From IMG/VR virus record IMGVR_UViG_3300046772_000037, positions 1 through 50,421 of that record: a DNA stretch of 50,421 nucleotides, one strand, 5' to 3'. Below, one piece after another: positions 18,651-30,149 of the stretch. The stretch's first letter is position 1. Every line of letters starts with the position of its first letter. The notes beneath the pieces are model-generated. The model was not told the origin of the DNA and ran no database searches. It saw nothing but the letters and a program-made list of their open reading frames with translations. The position numbers were made by a program, and so were the translations under genes. The stretch comes from a virus (lineage: Duplodnaviria; Caudoviricetes).

Positions 18651-21600
18651 TTACGCTGTGAACTTCTCAGCGTAGCGAATGATGACAGAACCGTCAGCAC
18701 CTGCTCCACCGCTAGTAACGTATGGGTAGTATTGAAGTGTGTTGAAGTCAATATCAAGGGTGTCTCCACCTGACATGAATAGTCCTTCAACTGCAACCTG
18801 GAAATAAGCAGCGTTAGAAGGAGCCAAAGGTGGCTGCCATACCTGTGCTGTGTTAGCAGCAGCATTTGTCCAAGTACCAGCAACCAAAGTTGCGTTTACT
18901 GTAGGACGGTCCTCACGGATAACACGCTTATTGATGTCCAACCAGATGACTACTGGACGTGCAACCTTGGTTCCAATGTTTGGAGTTCCTGGGTTGGTGT
19001 TTGCTGCTCCAAGACGGAAAGCGAAGCCAGAGAAGTAGAGTTGTGTTCTAGGCAAGATTGGGAAATCTGACCAAGAAGTCTTTACTCTAATATTTCCAGC
19101 ATCCTGAACTACAGTCCTTAGGAAGAATGTTCCGAAGGCAGGTGATGTTCCGTTGATTGAGATAGAGCAGTTGTAGTCTGGGTTCCAACGGTTTAGGTTT
19201 TCTAAAGAGTTGTTTTCAAACGTGATATATGAAGATGCGTTGTGTGTAGCAAGTGTCAAAGGTGAGTTGTTACCGTTTGAACCTGCTCCTCCACCGCCAC
19301 CACCAGTGTTTGGTGTAGCGTCAAAACCACGAGAGTAGATGTCAGTGATAAGTGAACCAGATTCAGTTCCCACTAGGTAAGCAAGGTATGTGTGACCACC
19401 CTTACCGCCTCCGCCGTTTCCACGACCTGGGTTGTTGAAGCCAGCCTGTGCGAATGTGTTCCATCCGCCACCGCCACCGCCACCACCAAGGTAGTGGTTC
19501 TCAAGTGTTCCTGCACCATTCACGTCAACACCAAGACCACCGTCTCCACCGTAGTTAGGGATGTTTACGTTGTTTGTAGCAATTCCGTAACCACCAAGGT
19601 GTCCATTTTGTGGATGATATTGAAGTTGTGTTGAACCAGATGATGTGTAACCAGTTGTAGTTCCTGAGGCACCTTCAACTGCTGAGTAAGAAATAGCGTT
19701 TCCACCAGCAGAACCGGCTCCACCACCGCCACCTGCGTATGTAGGTGCTGTTGGTGAGTTATTGATTGCGTGTCCGCCGTAGTTTGCACCAGGAAGACCG
19801 AACTGCCAGAAACGGAAGTTAGAGTTGTAGGCTCCTCCACCTCCGCCGCCTTTAGCAGCAACTAGAGGAGTAGTGATGGTTGTTGAGTAGTGTGACTCAC
19901 CAGCCCATGTATATCCTGTTGTGTTTCCATCCTTGTAGAAGGTTGGAGCAGAGCCAACTTCTAACTGTGCGTAAGCAAGGTAGAACTCAGGTTCCTGACC
20001 ACCAGTAGCGTTGTTTGCGGCGAGGTTATATTGAACACCGAAACGAACATAAGCAGCAGTTCCAGGAGCAGTCGCTGTAGCGCTCAGGCGCTTTCCAGTG
20101 GTTGAGTGCAACTGAGTAGATGAACCCATCTTGGTTGCTGTAACAGGAACAAAAATTGTTGAACCGTTTGTTCGTGAGCCAATTAAGTTGTAATCAGCAT
20201 CGTAGAACTCAAGGTAGGCAGAAGATGTGCGATATTCCTTCCATGCCCAAGTGTAGACAGAGCCAGTGTATTGAACACCTGGAACAGCCTTTACCCAGTC
20301 ATGTGAGACTTCCATATTTTCTGAAGTTGTATCAGTTGACATCAAGCGAAGCCCAAGGCCAGTCTCATAGGTTGGTGGGCGCCATGCTGTTGCTGATGTT
20401 GCTGCTTCAACTTGAACGTTATCAATGTGCATTGTTGTGTTTGCTGGGATTAGGAATCCAACATATGCCCACTTAGCAGTTAGACCAACAGCGTATGTTG
20501 GTAGACCTGTAAATGTCGCAGAGATACGACGCCATGCTCCAGAGAAGATTCCAGAGTGAACAAATGTTCCAGTTCCTGAAACTGCTCCAGCATTAGCCTG
20601 ACTTAGGTTGACTGTAGTTCCAGAGATGCTGGTGATAGTTGCACCAACTGCAACACCAGTTCCAGATACTGTCTGACCGAAGAATAATCCGTCAGCGTTA
20701 TCTACAGTAATAAATGTCTGTCCGCTTGTTCCAGAGATTGTCTTGCTTACAGAACCGCCGTAACCAGCAAGTGGCACAGAGACTGTCTGCTGAGCAACAT
20801 GGTAACCACCAGCAGAAGGTGTAACTGCTGAATAAACAGTTCCAGTTCCGTTTGATGTTCCTTGGTTGTTCCCTGGGAAGTTAGTTCCATCACCAATACG
20901 CAACTGCATAATCAAGTTCTGAGGAGTTGGGTTTGTGTGATACACATAAGCAGAAACTGTGTATGAGGTGTTTGGGTCGTATGGGAAACCAGAAGTTCCG
21001 TTGGCGCTAAGAGCACCAGAGCCAGAGGTTGTAAGACCAACTAGACGAGCACCAGCAGATGAGTTTACGCACTGTAGAGCGTTAGCACCTACAGTAGTTC
21101 CAGAAATCTCTAGAGGAGAAACCATCTCAGGTAACTTGGTGTATGGGTTTGAAAGAACTGCTGCTGAAATGTTTCCAAGAGTATCAAGAGCAAAGAAAGA
21201 ACCACCGCTTAGAGTAAGGTCTTCCATCTGCGCATACTGTGCTTGAATAACGTTATTTGACTGAGTTGCTCCAAAAGATGCTGAAAGAGCAATATTGTCG
21301 TTATAAACCAAAGATGTTGTTGTTACACGACTTGACTGTAGGGTGAAGGTTACTGTTGTTCCAACAGAAACTGTTCCAGAGTTGTTTACGCTCAAGGAGA
21401 TTGTTGTTCCAGAAATACCAGTAACAATTGCGCTTGCTCCGATACCAGTTCCTGTAACAATCATACCTAATTGAATACCAGTGTTGTCTGGGTTAACAAT
21501 AATTGTTGGTAGACCAGATGCTCCAGTTGCTGATTTCTGAAGTTGCTGGATGTTGTTTGCTTCCCAGAGAGTTACACCTTTAGCGTAACTTGGATTCATA

Positions 21601-21980
21601 AGAAGGTTTACAGGAGATGAACCACCAAATGTAGTAGTTCCACCAACACCACCAGGCTGTGTGTTTACGTTATCGGTTGCTGAAATGAGGGCACCTTGTC
21701 CACCATGTCCACCTGCACCGACTTGAATGTTATATGTGGTTCCAGGAGTTACGTTGACGTTACGACGAACAACTTGTCCGCCACCTCCGCCACCACCAGC
21801 AGCAGCATCATTTCCGCCGCCGCCTCCTCCACCGCCACCTACGGCAACTACTTCTACAGCAGTCACGCCAGTTGGCACAGTGAAGGTTCCGTTCGCTGTG
21901 TACTGGACTTCTTTGATTGAGAAGCGTCCAGAGTTGTCGTTAGGAAATACAATTAAATCTTTGCTACCTGAAATAGCCAT
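18651..21980 (-). CDS. Glycine-rich adhesin with inserted CBM-like jelly-roll domains
   Basis: N-terminal TFTVPTGVTAVEVVAVGGGGGGG and C-terminal GGAGADGSVIIRY; inserts NLLMNPS...YTVSAYV...WRRISATF...IDNVQVE. Confidence 0.75.
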   Translation of the reverse strand: MAISGSKDLIVFPNDNSGRFSIKEVQYTANGTFTVPTGVTAVEVVAVGGGGGGGGGNDAAAGGGGGGGQVVRRNVNVTPGTTYNIQVGAGGHGGQGALISATDNVNTQPGGVGGTTTFGGSSPVNLLMNPSYAKGVTLWEANNIQQLQKSATGASGLPTIIVNPDNTGIQLGMIVTGTGIGASAIVTGISGTTISLSVNNSGTVSVGTTVTFTLQSSRVTTTSLVYNDNIALSASFGATQSNNVIQAQYAQMEDLTLSGGSFFALDTLGNISAAVLSNPYTKLPEMVSPLEISGTTVGANALQCVNSSAGARLVGLTTSGSGALSANGTSGFPYDPNTSYTVSAYVYHTNPTPQNLIMQLRIGDGTNFPGNNQGTSNGTGTVYSAVTPSAGGYHVAQQTVSVPLAGYGGSVSKTISGTSGQTFITVDNADGLFFGQTVSGTGVAVGATITSISGTTVNLSQANAGAVSGTGTFVHSGIFSGAWRRISATFTGLPTYAVGLTAKWAYVGFLIPANTTMHIDNVQVEAATSATAWRPPTYETGLGLRLMSTDTTSENMEVSHDWVKAVPGVQYTGSVYTWAWKEYRTSSAYLEFYDADYNLIGSRTNGSTIFVPVTATKMGSSTQLHSTTGKRLSATATAPGTAAYVRFGVQYNLAANNATGGQEPEFYLAYAQLEVGSAPTFYKDGNTTGYTWAGESHYSTTITTPLVAAKGGGGGGAYNSNFRFWQFGLPGANYGGHAINNSPTAPTYAGGGGGAGSAGGNAISYSAVEGASGTTTGYTSSGSTQLQYHPQNGHLGGYGIATNNVNIPNYGGDGGLGVDVNGAGTLENHYLGGGGGGGGWNTFAQAGFNNPGRGNGGGGKGGHTYLAYLVGTESGSLITDIYSRGFDATPNTGGGGGGAGSNGNNSPLTLATHNASSYITFENNSLENLNRWNPDYNCSISINGTSPAFGTFFLRTVVQDAGNIRVKTSWSDFPILPRTQLYFSGFAFRLGAANTNPGTPNIGTKVARPVVIWLDINKRVIREDRPTVNATLVAGTWTNAAANTAQVWQPPLAPSNAAYFQVAVEGLFMSGGDTLDIDFNTLQYYPYVTSGGAGADGSVIIRYAEKFTA

Positions 21981-22010
21981 TGTTCTTTAGCCTCTCGCTC
22001 TCTTGTCCTA

Positions 22011-22346
22011 CTACGCTGTTACTTCTACACCAGAGACGTGGACGTCAATGGCACTATTTGAAGATGCAGCAACATAAATTGCATCTGAACCTGTCATAAC
22101 CTGACGGACGTCAAAGTTAACTGTTCCATTTGCTGGAATTTGAAGACCATTACAGAAGTTGAAAGCGGTGCCTGAGTTATAGCCACCAGTTCCAAACTGA
22201 ACGGTTAGTGTGACCACCGAAGCGGTCTTGTTTGCGGCGACAATGTTAGTAACGATTGTCTGCCCCCCTGCGGGTACGGAGTTGTAAGCAGTAACGCCTG
22301 ATGTAGTTGCCGCACCGCGGAAGAGTTTTGCTGCTGTAGTTGCCAT
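22011..22346 (-). CDS. Small beta-rich virion structural protein
   Basis: 111 aa all-beta pattern ending SGVEVTA; ATG overlaps upstream TAA. Confidence 0.65.
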   Translation of the reverse strand: MATTAAKLFRGAATTSGVTAYNSVPAGGQTIVTNIVAANKTASVVTLTVQFGTGGYNSGTAFNFCNGLQIPANGTVNFDVRQVMTGSDAIYVAASSNSAIDVHVSGVEVTA

Positions 22347-22684
22347 TATGCCAACACTCCCATGTATGAGTTGATTTCAATATCAGCCGCGAGTGCGCTG
22401 ATAGTTGCGATTTTTGTATTTCCCGCTGAGTTGACTGCCGCAACCTGTGTCGTACCAGCGCTGTTTACCGCAGTAACCTGAGTGGTTCCAGCGGAAGTTA
22501 TTGAAGACACCTGAGCAGCAGTTGCTGCCACAATGTCATTTACCCCAAGAAGGCTTCCTAGAGTTTCTAATGCCTTAGAAACGAAAACCAAGTCTTGGGC
22601 AGTATAGGTGCTAGCGTTTAGGCTAGCGGTAATTTCTGCCTTTACCGCATCAATTTGCGTATTTAGGCTATCATAACTAGGCAT
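22346..22684 (-). CDS. Coiled-coil structural protein with 11-aa repeats
   Basis: SAGTTQVTAVN / SAGTTQVAAVN repeats; AAGGAACGGAG upstream. Confidence 0.65.
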   Translation of the reverse strand: MPSYDSLNTQIDAVKAEITASLNASTYTAQDLVFVSKALETLGSLLGVNDIVAATAAQVSSITSAGTTQVTAVNSAGTTQVAAVNSAGNTKIATISALAADIEINSYMGVLA

Positions 22685-22748
22685 TATTGCTCCGTTCCTT
22701 GAGTGTAAATTCTATCATTTTTTGTAAAGAGGATTTCTTTCATAACCA

Positions 22749-25700
22749 CTATGCCTGTGCTTCTGTCCAAGAAATACGGGCTGCAATTTCAGAAGAAGCA
22801 GTTCCAATATTTGTTGCAGTAATAACAAGGATGTCTGGTCCGTTTGGATATGAAGGGCTAGAAGGGTTTCCATTTCCACTCAAAATTGAGTTTCCAAGTT
22901 CACGGATTGCCTTCAAGTCGTATGAGGTAACGTTGAAGTTTGTTCCACCACCACCGTTTTCTGAGTAGAAGGAGAACACTGCGTCACCGCCCGTTAGAGC
23001 ACCCGATGGGGCTGCTCCACCAGTAGGAACAATTCCACCAATAGGTCCACTATTATCAAAGTAAAGCACCTGAGATAGAGAACCAGCACCTACACGCTCA
23101 CGGTCCCAGTCAGTTGGTAGACCTGCGTAAGCACGAACACCACCAAATACAAGGTTAGTCGCTGAGGTATAGCCCGCTGTGTTTGGAGATGAAAGAGTGA
23201 TTGTTGTTCCGCTAATAGCCACAACAACTGCTCCAATAGGGAATCCAGCAGGTCCTGAAACTGTAGTCATACCTACAGAGATATTCTGAATATCAGTTAC
23301 GCTAACTGTTGATTGGCCGCTAACTCCAGTTCCAGTCTTTGTAATATTGAAAGCAGTGCTTGCATGGTTGGTATAAGTAATAGTTCCTGGATTTATGAAT
23401 CCCTGAATCAAGAACTGTCCGTTAGTTGTCACACCAACAGAGACCAGACGCATCTGCATGCGGTTGATAAGTTCACGAATACCGAAGTTTCTTGCCACAG
23501 CGTTATCTACTGAAGGAGCAAGACGAACTGCCATCAAAGGTCTAGTAACACCGTTTGGAATTGCTAAACGCTTAGTCATACCAGCGGTAAAGACGTATTC
23601 AGCGTCTTGGTCAAAGCGACCATCCATAATTACAGATGAGCCCCAGTGTGAAATCTGAGGGGCACAGGTCTGAGTAAGTGTAATTACTGCTGTTTGAGAT
23701 ACTCCAGAACCACCAAGAGTTGTGTCTGGGCTAAATGATGTTGTTCCAGTATTTCCTCCACCAAGAATAACTACCTGTCCTGGGAAGAAAATTGGATAAG
23801 TTACGCGACGAACAATTGTTAGTGGATAACCTCTCATAGTTGAGTTGTATGAGCCAATTGCTGTGTATTGAGCAACTTCATTTGAGGTACTGTTACGAAT
23901 CAGAATATATCCACTTGTTGGCCACTCTGACACGTTATCAACATACATAGTTGTATCGTTTGGATTTAGAGTTGAAGCATAAGTTAGTGTTGCTCCACCA
24001 ACTAAACGAGCACGCTTAGGTTCGTTCATTACTTCGTAGCGAGCAGGTAGGTTACCTGAGCGCTGATAAGCAGCAGTATTAATGTTGTTATTTGCCATAC
24101 GGTGAACGTAAACAATGTCACCCTTGATAGCACGGAATCCCCAGCGGATATAACCTGCTCCATACCAAGTATAGTCAATATAGACCATCTGCATCTTATT
24201 TGGGTCTAGTAAATATCCTCCAGGACCACGACCATCCATCTTGTCTTGGTTCCATTCATCGGAGCGGACACGAATTTCCTGAGTCTTACATGCTCTAACA
24301 AACTGACCAGTTGCTCCACGATATGAAGGAGATACATACATAACTGTATCGCTATCAATAGCAGCAATTTGATAAGACTGTCCACGAATTACAATCTTGT
24401 CTCCAATAAGAAGTTGACGTCTAAACTGAGTGTTATTTCCAGTAATAAGGCCGCTGTTTGCTGTTACGTTGATAGTTCCAGAAATTTCTTTATTTGAGAA
24501 GCGACGAACGGCATACATAGACTCTCCGTCATACTCAAAATAGAAACCGTTCTGCTCATCAAACATACCGGTGCGAGTTGCTGCACCTTTCCACTTAGTA
24601 ACAGTTACGAAAATATTTACTCCACCAGGAACTGCATCCTGAGCCTGTAAAGCGGAGGAAAGAACCATATTATAAGTAAATACGTTTGTTCCAGTTACTG
24701 TAGTGACAGTGAATGTTCCATTGTATGGACTTGTTAGACCAGTAGAAAGAGTTGTTCCTTCCATAAGAATAGTTGCCCCTGGCTGCAAACCATGGTCTTG
24801 AAGAGTTGTAACAGTAACTACTTTTGTTCCAGTAGTTGTTACTCCTGCTCCAGAGATAGACACAATGTCGTATGTAGGAGTGAACTTAGCACCAGTTGAG
24901 AACTGAATTGCCTTACCTGACTGGTAGCGGAAGTAACGACGAGTCTGACGAACTGTCTGTAGACCCATAGCATTTCCAAGAGTAGTTAAAGAAACTCCAC
25001 CATCTAGAGGACGATGTTGAATATATCCTTCTGGTTTTGTATATAAAACAGTAGATGCTGATGTTGATACAGCAGTAACAACAGTATCTAAAATTTGGAA
25101 TGTAAATGATAAAGGAGTTAATACGTCTTTTACAATCCAGTTTCCATTCATACCACTGCTGTTAGCAATCATAATTGGAATACCTGGATATAAACCATGT
25201 GGGCTTGGTGTTGTAACAGTTATAGTAGTTGGGTTTCCACCATCAGATGCGGCAGAAAAGCCTACAAGTGTTCCTGTTGATGCTGTTCCACCAGGAATAT
25301 GAGCGTTATCAAAAATATCTCCACCATATACAACGGTGTTGTTTTGAATATTAATAATGCCATCAACTAAACCACGAGCAAAGTAAGTAAATTGGAAAGG
25401 AGTAACAATAGAGTTGACTACGAAAGTTCCTTCAGCACGGAAGTTCAAGGTATCTTGAATGCTGATTACGTTTCCAGCCTGAAGGTTATGAAGTGTTGTA
25501 GTTGTTACAGTAACTAATGAGCGAGGACCAGCGCCGTTTCCTTGGACAGTAGCCACTTCAAATGAGTTACCACCAGAAGTTTTAGCAAAGAATGATGGGT
25601 AGTTACAAGCCATAAACAGTGCTTCCCACTTAGATGGCTGAACAGAATATTCAAAGTCTGTATCCATCAAAGACTGAGGAGATGCTGTTCTTACTTTTTC

Positions 25701-26015
25701 AACTGCATCCAACAAAGTATCAGCATAAGTAATCTGCTCATTGAAATCATCAACCATAATCTGCAATAAGTCAGTTGAACTCATTGCGGCTGTGTTATAT
25801 TCAAGAACTACTTGTGTTTTTGGATTTGTTGGGTCTCCAATATATGACCAACCAGTAAATCCAAGATTAGGGTCAGCAAAGTTATAGATGACTGTTCCAG
25901 TAGAAACGTTTGTAATAAGCATCAAACGCTCTTCAAGAATGAAGGCAGGGATGACTATTGTTCTTGTTGACGGACTAAATGTATAGTCCGTACCTTTAAT
26001 TACTCGTCTTGCCAT
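22749..26015 (-). CDS. Large virion structural protein (baseplate/fibre hub-like)
   Basis: 1088 aa; three VTVTT..H(G/N)L..G repeats typical of phage virion proteins; beta-rich; GAGGA RBS. Confidence 0.7.
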   Translation of the reverse strand: MARRVIKGTDYTFSPSTRTIVIPAFILEERLMLITNVSTGTVIYNFADPNLGFTGWSYIGDPTNPKTQVVLEYNTAAMSSTDLLQIMVDDFNEQITYADTLLDAVEKVRTASPQSLMDTDFEYSVQPSKWEALFMACNYPSFFAKTSGGNSFEVATVQGNGAGPRSLVTVTTTTLHNLQAGNVISIQDTLNFRAEGTFVVNSIVTPFQFTYFARGLVDGIINIQNNTVVYGGDIFDNAHIPGGTASTGTLVGFSAASDGGNPTTITVTTPSPHGLYPGIPIMIANSSGMNGNWIVKDVLTPLSFTFQILDTVVTAVSTSASTVLYTKPEGYIQHRPLDGGVSLTTLGNAMGLQTVRQTRRYFRYQSGKAIQFSTGAKFTPTYDIVSISGAGVTTTGTKVVTVTTLQDHGLQPGATILMEGTTLSTGLTSPYNGTFTVTTVTGTNVFTYNMVLSSALQAQDAVPGGVNIFVTVTKWKGAATRTGMFDEQNGFYFEYDGESMYAVRRFSNKEISGTINVTANSGLITGNNTQFRRQLLIGDKIVIRGQSYQIAAIDSDTVMYVSPSYRGATGQFVRACKTQEIRVRSDEWNQDKMDGRGPGGYLLDPNKMQMVYIDYTWYGAGYIRWGFRAIKGDIVYVHRMANNNINTAAYQRSGNLPARYEVMNEPKRARLVGGATLTYASTLNPNDTTMYVDNVSEWPTSGYILIRNSTSNEVAQYTAIGSYNSTMRGYPLTIVRRVTYPIFFPGQVVILGGGNTGTTSFSPDTTLGGSGVSQTAVITLTQTCAPQISHWGSSVIMDGRFDQDAEYVFTAGMTKRLAIPNGVTRPLMAVRLAPSVDNAVARNFGIRELINRMQMRLVSVGVTTNGQFLIQGFINPGTITYTNHASTAFNITKTGTGVSGQSTVSVTDIQNISVGMTTVSGPAGFPIGAVVVAISGTTITLSSPNTAGYTSATNLVFGGVRAYAGLPTDWDRERVGAGSLSQVLYFDNSGPIGGIVPTGGAAPSGALTGGDAVFSFYSENGGGGTNFNVTSYDLKAIRELGNSILSGNGNPSSPSYPNGPDILVITATNIGTASSEIAARISWTEAQA

Positions 26016-26032
26016 TTAGTTATCCTCGCCTC

Positions 26033-26569
26033 TTATAGAAGAGCCAGCGCAAGAACGCTGCTCGCCGTTAGACCTACGTTAGTAATATTAGTGGTTGTGC
26101 TTCCAGTTGTGGCACCAAACAGGCCGAGATTCAACAATTGATTCATTTCAATAATATTGATACGGTTTGTGTCGCCAGTTGTTCCCGCAGGACCGGTTGG
26201 ACCTACTGGACCCGCAGAACCTGTTGGTCCTGTCGCACCATTTGCTCCCTTGATGTTTCCCTGAATAACCCATCCAGAAGCAACACTGTAAGCAAAATAA
26301 TCTCCATTTGAGACTCTGAAGTAGTTATCTCCCTCAAGAACGTTTGTAAGTCCTGCTGCTTCAGGGGTTGAGTTTCCTGTATAAATCTTGCTACCGCGAG
26401 TTCCAGCGATACCAGCAGCACCAGTAGGACCTGTTGCACCATTGGCACCATTAGTACCAGCAGCACCTGCTGGGCCTGTAGGACCCGTGGCTCCGGCAGG
26501 ACCTTGAGCACCTGGACGTGAACCTGCAACAACGACCCATTGTGAGCCTGTCCAGCGTTTTAATGACAT
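26033..26569 (-). CDS. Short collagen-like fibre protein
   Basis: N-terminal LKRWTGSQW; two G-X-Y tracts separated by a GDNYF...GDYF module. Confidence 0.8.
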   Translation of the reverse strand: MSLKRWTGSQWVVVAGSRPGAQGPAGATGPTGPAGAAGTNGANGATGPTGAAGIAGTRGSKIYTGNSTPEAAGLTNVLEGDNYFRVSNGDYFAYSVASGWVIQGNIKGANGATGPTGSAGPVGPTGPAGTTGDTNRINIIEMNQLLNLGLFGATTGSTTTNITNVGLTASSVLALALL

Positions 26570-26634
26570 TTATTGCTCCTAGACCTTAACACAAGTAGCC
26601 TCCATATATTATCGTATTTTTATTTCAATGAGTC

Positions 26635-27267
26635 TTATGAAAGCCTGAACCAAGGGTATCCAGTTGCTAACGCAGACAAGTTTACTGGGGTTGGAGTATC
26701 TGCCGCTGATGTTTGGCCTCCAAAAGGAATTCCAGAAGCAGGAGAACCACCAGTTAGATAAGAGTTCAAAAGTAAAGTTGGAAGGGTTGAGGTGCTAAGA
26801 CCTAAAATGCTTCCAGCAGAAGTTCCATCAGTAAGAACAACAAACCCATAAGTTGTTCCAGCATTGATGGTAAATGTCGCTGGGTAGCCTCCAGTAATGC
26901 TTAGTGGTAGTGTTTTTAGACCAGCCGCAGTCATCAAAGTTGTGTCGTTTGCAGTTCTTGCTACCAAAGTAGCAGTATTCGGAACAGCGTTATATGTATA
27001 TAGAGCCAGTTTTGCATAAGTTGGAGAAACTAACGCACCAGCAGTAGTGACCCAAATGCTTAGATTGCTAATTGTCAAAGTTTTGTTGGATTGGAACAAA
27101 ATCATAGAACGGTTTGCTGCTGTAAATGTAGTGATTCCACCAGAACCTGCAAGCATAAGAGCGCCTTTAGAAAATGGCTCTATGTGGGTTGGGTCTACCC
27201 AGTTGGCACCATTATTGACATAACTTAGGTTTGCTAGTTGGCTAGCAACATCTCTTGCTCTAGTCAT
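26635..27267 (-). CDS. Fibre-associated beta-sandwich protein
   Basis: MTRARDVAS N-terminus, a frequent start of phage accessory fibre proteins; beta-rich body. Confidence 0.65.
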   Translation of the reverse strand: MTRARDVASQLANLSYVNNGANWVDPTHIEPFSKGALMLAGSGGITTFTAANRSMILFQSNKTLTISNLSIWVTTAGALVSPTYAKLALYTYNAVPNTATLVARTANDTTLMTAAGLKTLPLSITGGYPATFTINAGTTYGFVVLTDGTSAGSILGLSTSTLPTLLLNSYLTGGSPASGIPFGGQTSAADTPTPVNLSALATGYPWFRLS

Positions 27268-27269
27268 TT

Positions 27270-30149
27270 TTATTCGTTCCTAATCTCTGCGCTAAGGCCA
27301 AGGAATCCGCTTGTTGAGTTGTTAGCCACAATCCAATAAGTTCTATCCTGAGTAAGTCCAGCAGCAACTGTAAAGTTGATTGCAGCAGAGTTCAAACCTA
27401 CTGCTGTTGTATCAAGAGTTGCAGCGGTAATAGCAATATTTGCTCCGCTTGAAAGTGCTCCGAGAGTTGAAAAATCAATCGCTGTTGGGGCTACTCTCAT
27501 AGTTTCTGGAAGAATCACTGTTCCCGACACGTTAGTTGCTGAAGTAGCGTTTCCAATAGCAAAACGTGTATTCGCTGTGGACGCCACTTGTCTGTAGTAG
27601 AAACGCTGGCACAAATCAAGTTCATTGGCATAAGAACCACCACTTAAGGTAAATGGAGTTGCCACATTTCCAGCCTCAACTTGGACTCCCCAAAAATCTA
27701 CCGCTCCAGTTCCAGTGTTTGATACTTGGAATGAAAGATAGAGGCTAGAGTCATTATTTGTTCCAATAGTCTTTCCAGACAATGAAGGAACTGTAATAGT
27801 TGAGGTAAATCGCTGCCACGAGGTTGTTAGGGTTGGGACAGAAAGATTTGTAGGATTTACTGCTGAAGGAGAGCCACCAGTTCCAAAGTCTTGAACCAAA
27901 CGAGGTTGAATCGTGAGAGAGTCAGCACCGCTAGATAATTTAGCCCAGTAAGAAACAGTGGCTACTTGACCAGCAAAAGTTCTAACATCTTCCATACGAT
28001 TCATTAGTTCGTAGTTAAGGCTGTTTGACGTAATTGTGTAGCGCAGGAAGAATGATGGCTCGTATCCAACAATTGCGTTACCTACAGCAAATGATTGACG
28101 AGTTACGTTTCCAGCACCACCAGCACGCCAACGGTCAGCAGTCATTATGAAAGTAGGAATAGTTAGAGTAAATGTTCCAGTACCACGTTGCCACACGCTG
28201 AAGTCACCATTTATCAACTGATTCTTAGCGGCTACTTGATAAGTGCTACCCCAACGTAATCCGCTGACAGTGCTGCTATCTGCGAACAATATGCTGAAGT
28301 CTGAACCAACTCCAAGCCTTGTCACAGCGTTGTCAGCAGTTCCAACTACCAAATCTGCTTTAGCATCAATAGTTGATAGTGGAATAGTGTCAGCAACGTT
28401 GAAACTACCAATAGTCAAAATAACAATTTCATCATTTACTGCTAACGCAGGAATTCCAGTAATAGAAGTTCCATTTGTTGCTACATAATCTTGGCCACGA
28501 GTTTGTAGAACACCGTTGATGTAAACCTGCTCAAGACCAGATGTATATGACAAAGTAAGTCCATTAGCATCAAGACCAGAAATAGTTGTTTGTCCAGCAG
28601 TTGCTACATAGCGATAACGAGTAAGAGTTGCTTGTCCAGTTGCTCCGGTAGGACCAGTAGAGCCTGTTGGTCCAGTCGCACCGGTCAAACCTGTTGCTCC
28701 AGTTGCACCAGTAGGGCCGGCCACAGTAGATGCAGCGCCTGTTGCTCCTGTAGGGCCAGTAGCCCCCTGAGGTCCTGTAGGACCAGAGACACCAGTCGGA
28801 CCTTGGTTTCCTGTATCGCCTTTTGCTCCATTAAGACCTTGAGGTCCAGTAGGACCTGTAGGACCGGCTGGGCCTGTATCTCCTTGAGGTCCAGTAGGGC
28901 CACCGCTAGGTCCAGTAGGGCCAGTAGTTCCATTAGTTCCAGCAGGTCCAGTAGCACCCGTTGGTCCAGCGGGACCAGTTGCTCCCGCAGGGCCTGTTGC
29001 ACCAGCAGGTCCAGGCATGCCAGTAAGTCCTGTCATACCTGTAGGACCTGTAGCGCCAACTGGTCCAGTTGCGCCAGTAGGTCCGCCGCTAGGTCCAATT
29101 GGACCCTGAGGTCCAGTAGCCCCAGTAGGTCCAGTAGCACCAATTAAAAATTCTTCTTCAGATGTATCAACCCAAAGAGCAGTAGTTGTTGGAGGCGCTG
29201 TTGGTCCAATTGATAAATAATCTAAATCAATATCATCTTCATCAATCCACAAATCACCTTCATATCGTGGACCAGTAGGTGCTTCTGGGTCAGAAAAAAT
29301 TAATTCTTCAACTGGGTCGTTTTCAGATGCCCAGAATAAAAAGTCCGCTGGGTCTGGAGCGGTGACACCTGCATAAATAAAAGCATTTGGACCAAGGTCA
29401 TCAATGTCAAACCAAATATCACCAGATGTTGGTGCAGTTGGTGAACCAGCACCGATATAAGTTTCTGTAGGAATTCCAGTTCCATCAGTTGATGTGTAGT
29501 CTTTACCAACAGGACCAATTGGACCAGTTGGTCCAGTAATTCCAGGACCAGTAGGACCAGTTGGTCCAACAATCTGTCCTACGTTTGACCATGTTAGTGC
29601 TGCTGTCCAAACATACAAATCACCATCTGCTTGAACAATATAAGCATCATTTACTGTGTTACCAGATGGAGGAAGATTTCCTACAGTAGCAACGCTTCCC
29701 TTTACGGTGATTGATGCACCTTGTGGACCAGTAGGTCCTTGTGAACCAGTAGGACCAGTTACTGCTGGACCTGTAGGACCAAGTTGACCTGTCGCACCTG
29801 TGGCTCCTGTAGGACCTTGAAGACTTCCTACATCTGTCCAGGTACTATTGAGAACATTCCATACATATAAATTTCCACCAACAATATAAGCCTCACCAGC
29901 AGCACCAGTTGGGTCAGCGGCAATCAGTTCTGCGTATGTATTGTAAGAACCAAGAACTGTAAGACCTTGACCTTGTGGACCAGTAGAACCTGTAGGACCA
30001 GTAGGTCCTTGAATTCCCTGAGGTCCTGTAGGTCCTGTAGGAACAATTCTTACAACTTGCCAAACAGAACCTGTCCAACGCCAAGTATTTCCTCCAGAAG
30101 AAAATTCTTGATTTAAGGAAGGCGAATTAGGAAAATCAATCGCTGGCAT
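27270..30149 (-). CDS. Collagen-like fibre protein with C-terminal carbohydrate-binding-like head
   Basis: ATG 30149 (GAGGAGG RBS), [10 protein letters not shown]; GPT/GAT tracts; ATAGQT..VYINGV domain; [15 protein letters not shown]...[13 protein letters not shown] head. Confidence 0.85.
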   Translation of the reverse strand: MPAIDFPNSPSLNQEFSSGGNTWRWTGSVWQVVRIVPTGPTGPQGIQGPTGPTGSTGPQGQGLTVLGSYNTYAELIAADPTGAAGEAYIVGGNLYVWNVLNSTWTDVGSLQGPTGATGATGQLGPTGPAVTGPTGSQGPTGPQGASITVKGSVATVGNLPPSGNTVNDAYIVQADGDLYVWTAALTWSNVGQIVGPTGPTGPGITGPTGPIGPVGKDYTSTDGTGIPTETYIGAGSPTAPTSGDIWFDIDDLGPNAFIYAGVTAPDPADFLFWASENDPVEELIFSDPEAPTGPRYEGDLWIDEDDIDLDYLSIGPTAPPTTTALWVDTSEEEFLIGATGPTGATGPQGPIGPSGGPTGATGPVGATGPTGMTGLTGMPGPAGATGPAGATGPAGPTGATGPAGTNGTTGPTGPSGGPTGPQGDTGPAGPTGPTGPQGLNGAKGDTGNQGPTGVSGPTGPQGATGPTGATGAASTVAGPTGATGATGLTGATGPTGSTGPTGATGQATLTRYRYVATAGQTTISGLDANGLTLSYTSGLEQVYINGVLQTRGQDYVATNGTSITGIPALAVNDEIVILTIGSFNVADTIPLSTIDAKADLVVGTADNAVTRLGVGSDFSILFADSSTVSGLRWGSTYQVAAKNQLINGDFSVWQRGTGTFTLTIPTFIMTADRWRAGGAGNVTRQSFAVGNAIVGYEPSFFLRYTITSNSLNYELMNRMEDVRTFAGQVATVSYWAKLSSGADSLTIQPRLVQDFGTGGSPSAVNPTNLSVPTLTTSWQRFTSTITVPSLSGKTIGTNNDSSLYLSFQVSNTGTGAVDFWGVQVEAGNVATPFTLSGGSYANELDLCQRFYYRQVASTANTRFAIGNATSATNVSGTVILPETMRVAPTAIDFSTLGALSSGANIAITAATLDTTAVGLNSAAINFTVAAGLTQDRTYWIVANNSTSGFLGLSAEIRNE

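Noticed and set aside
21727-21990. Poly-Pro ORF on the + strand
   Set aside because: Antisense of the poly-Gly N-terminus of ORF 18651-21980
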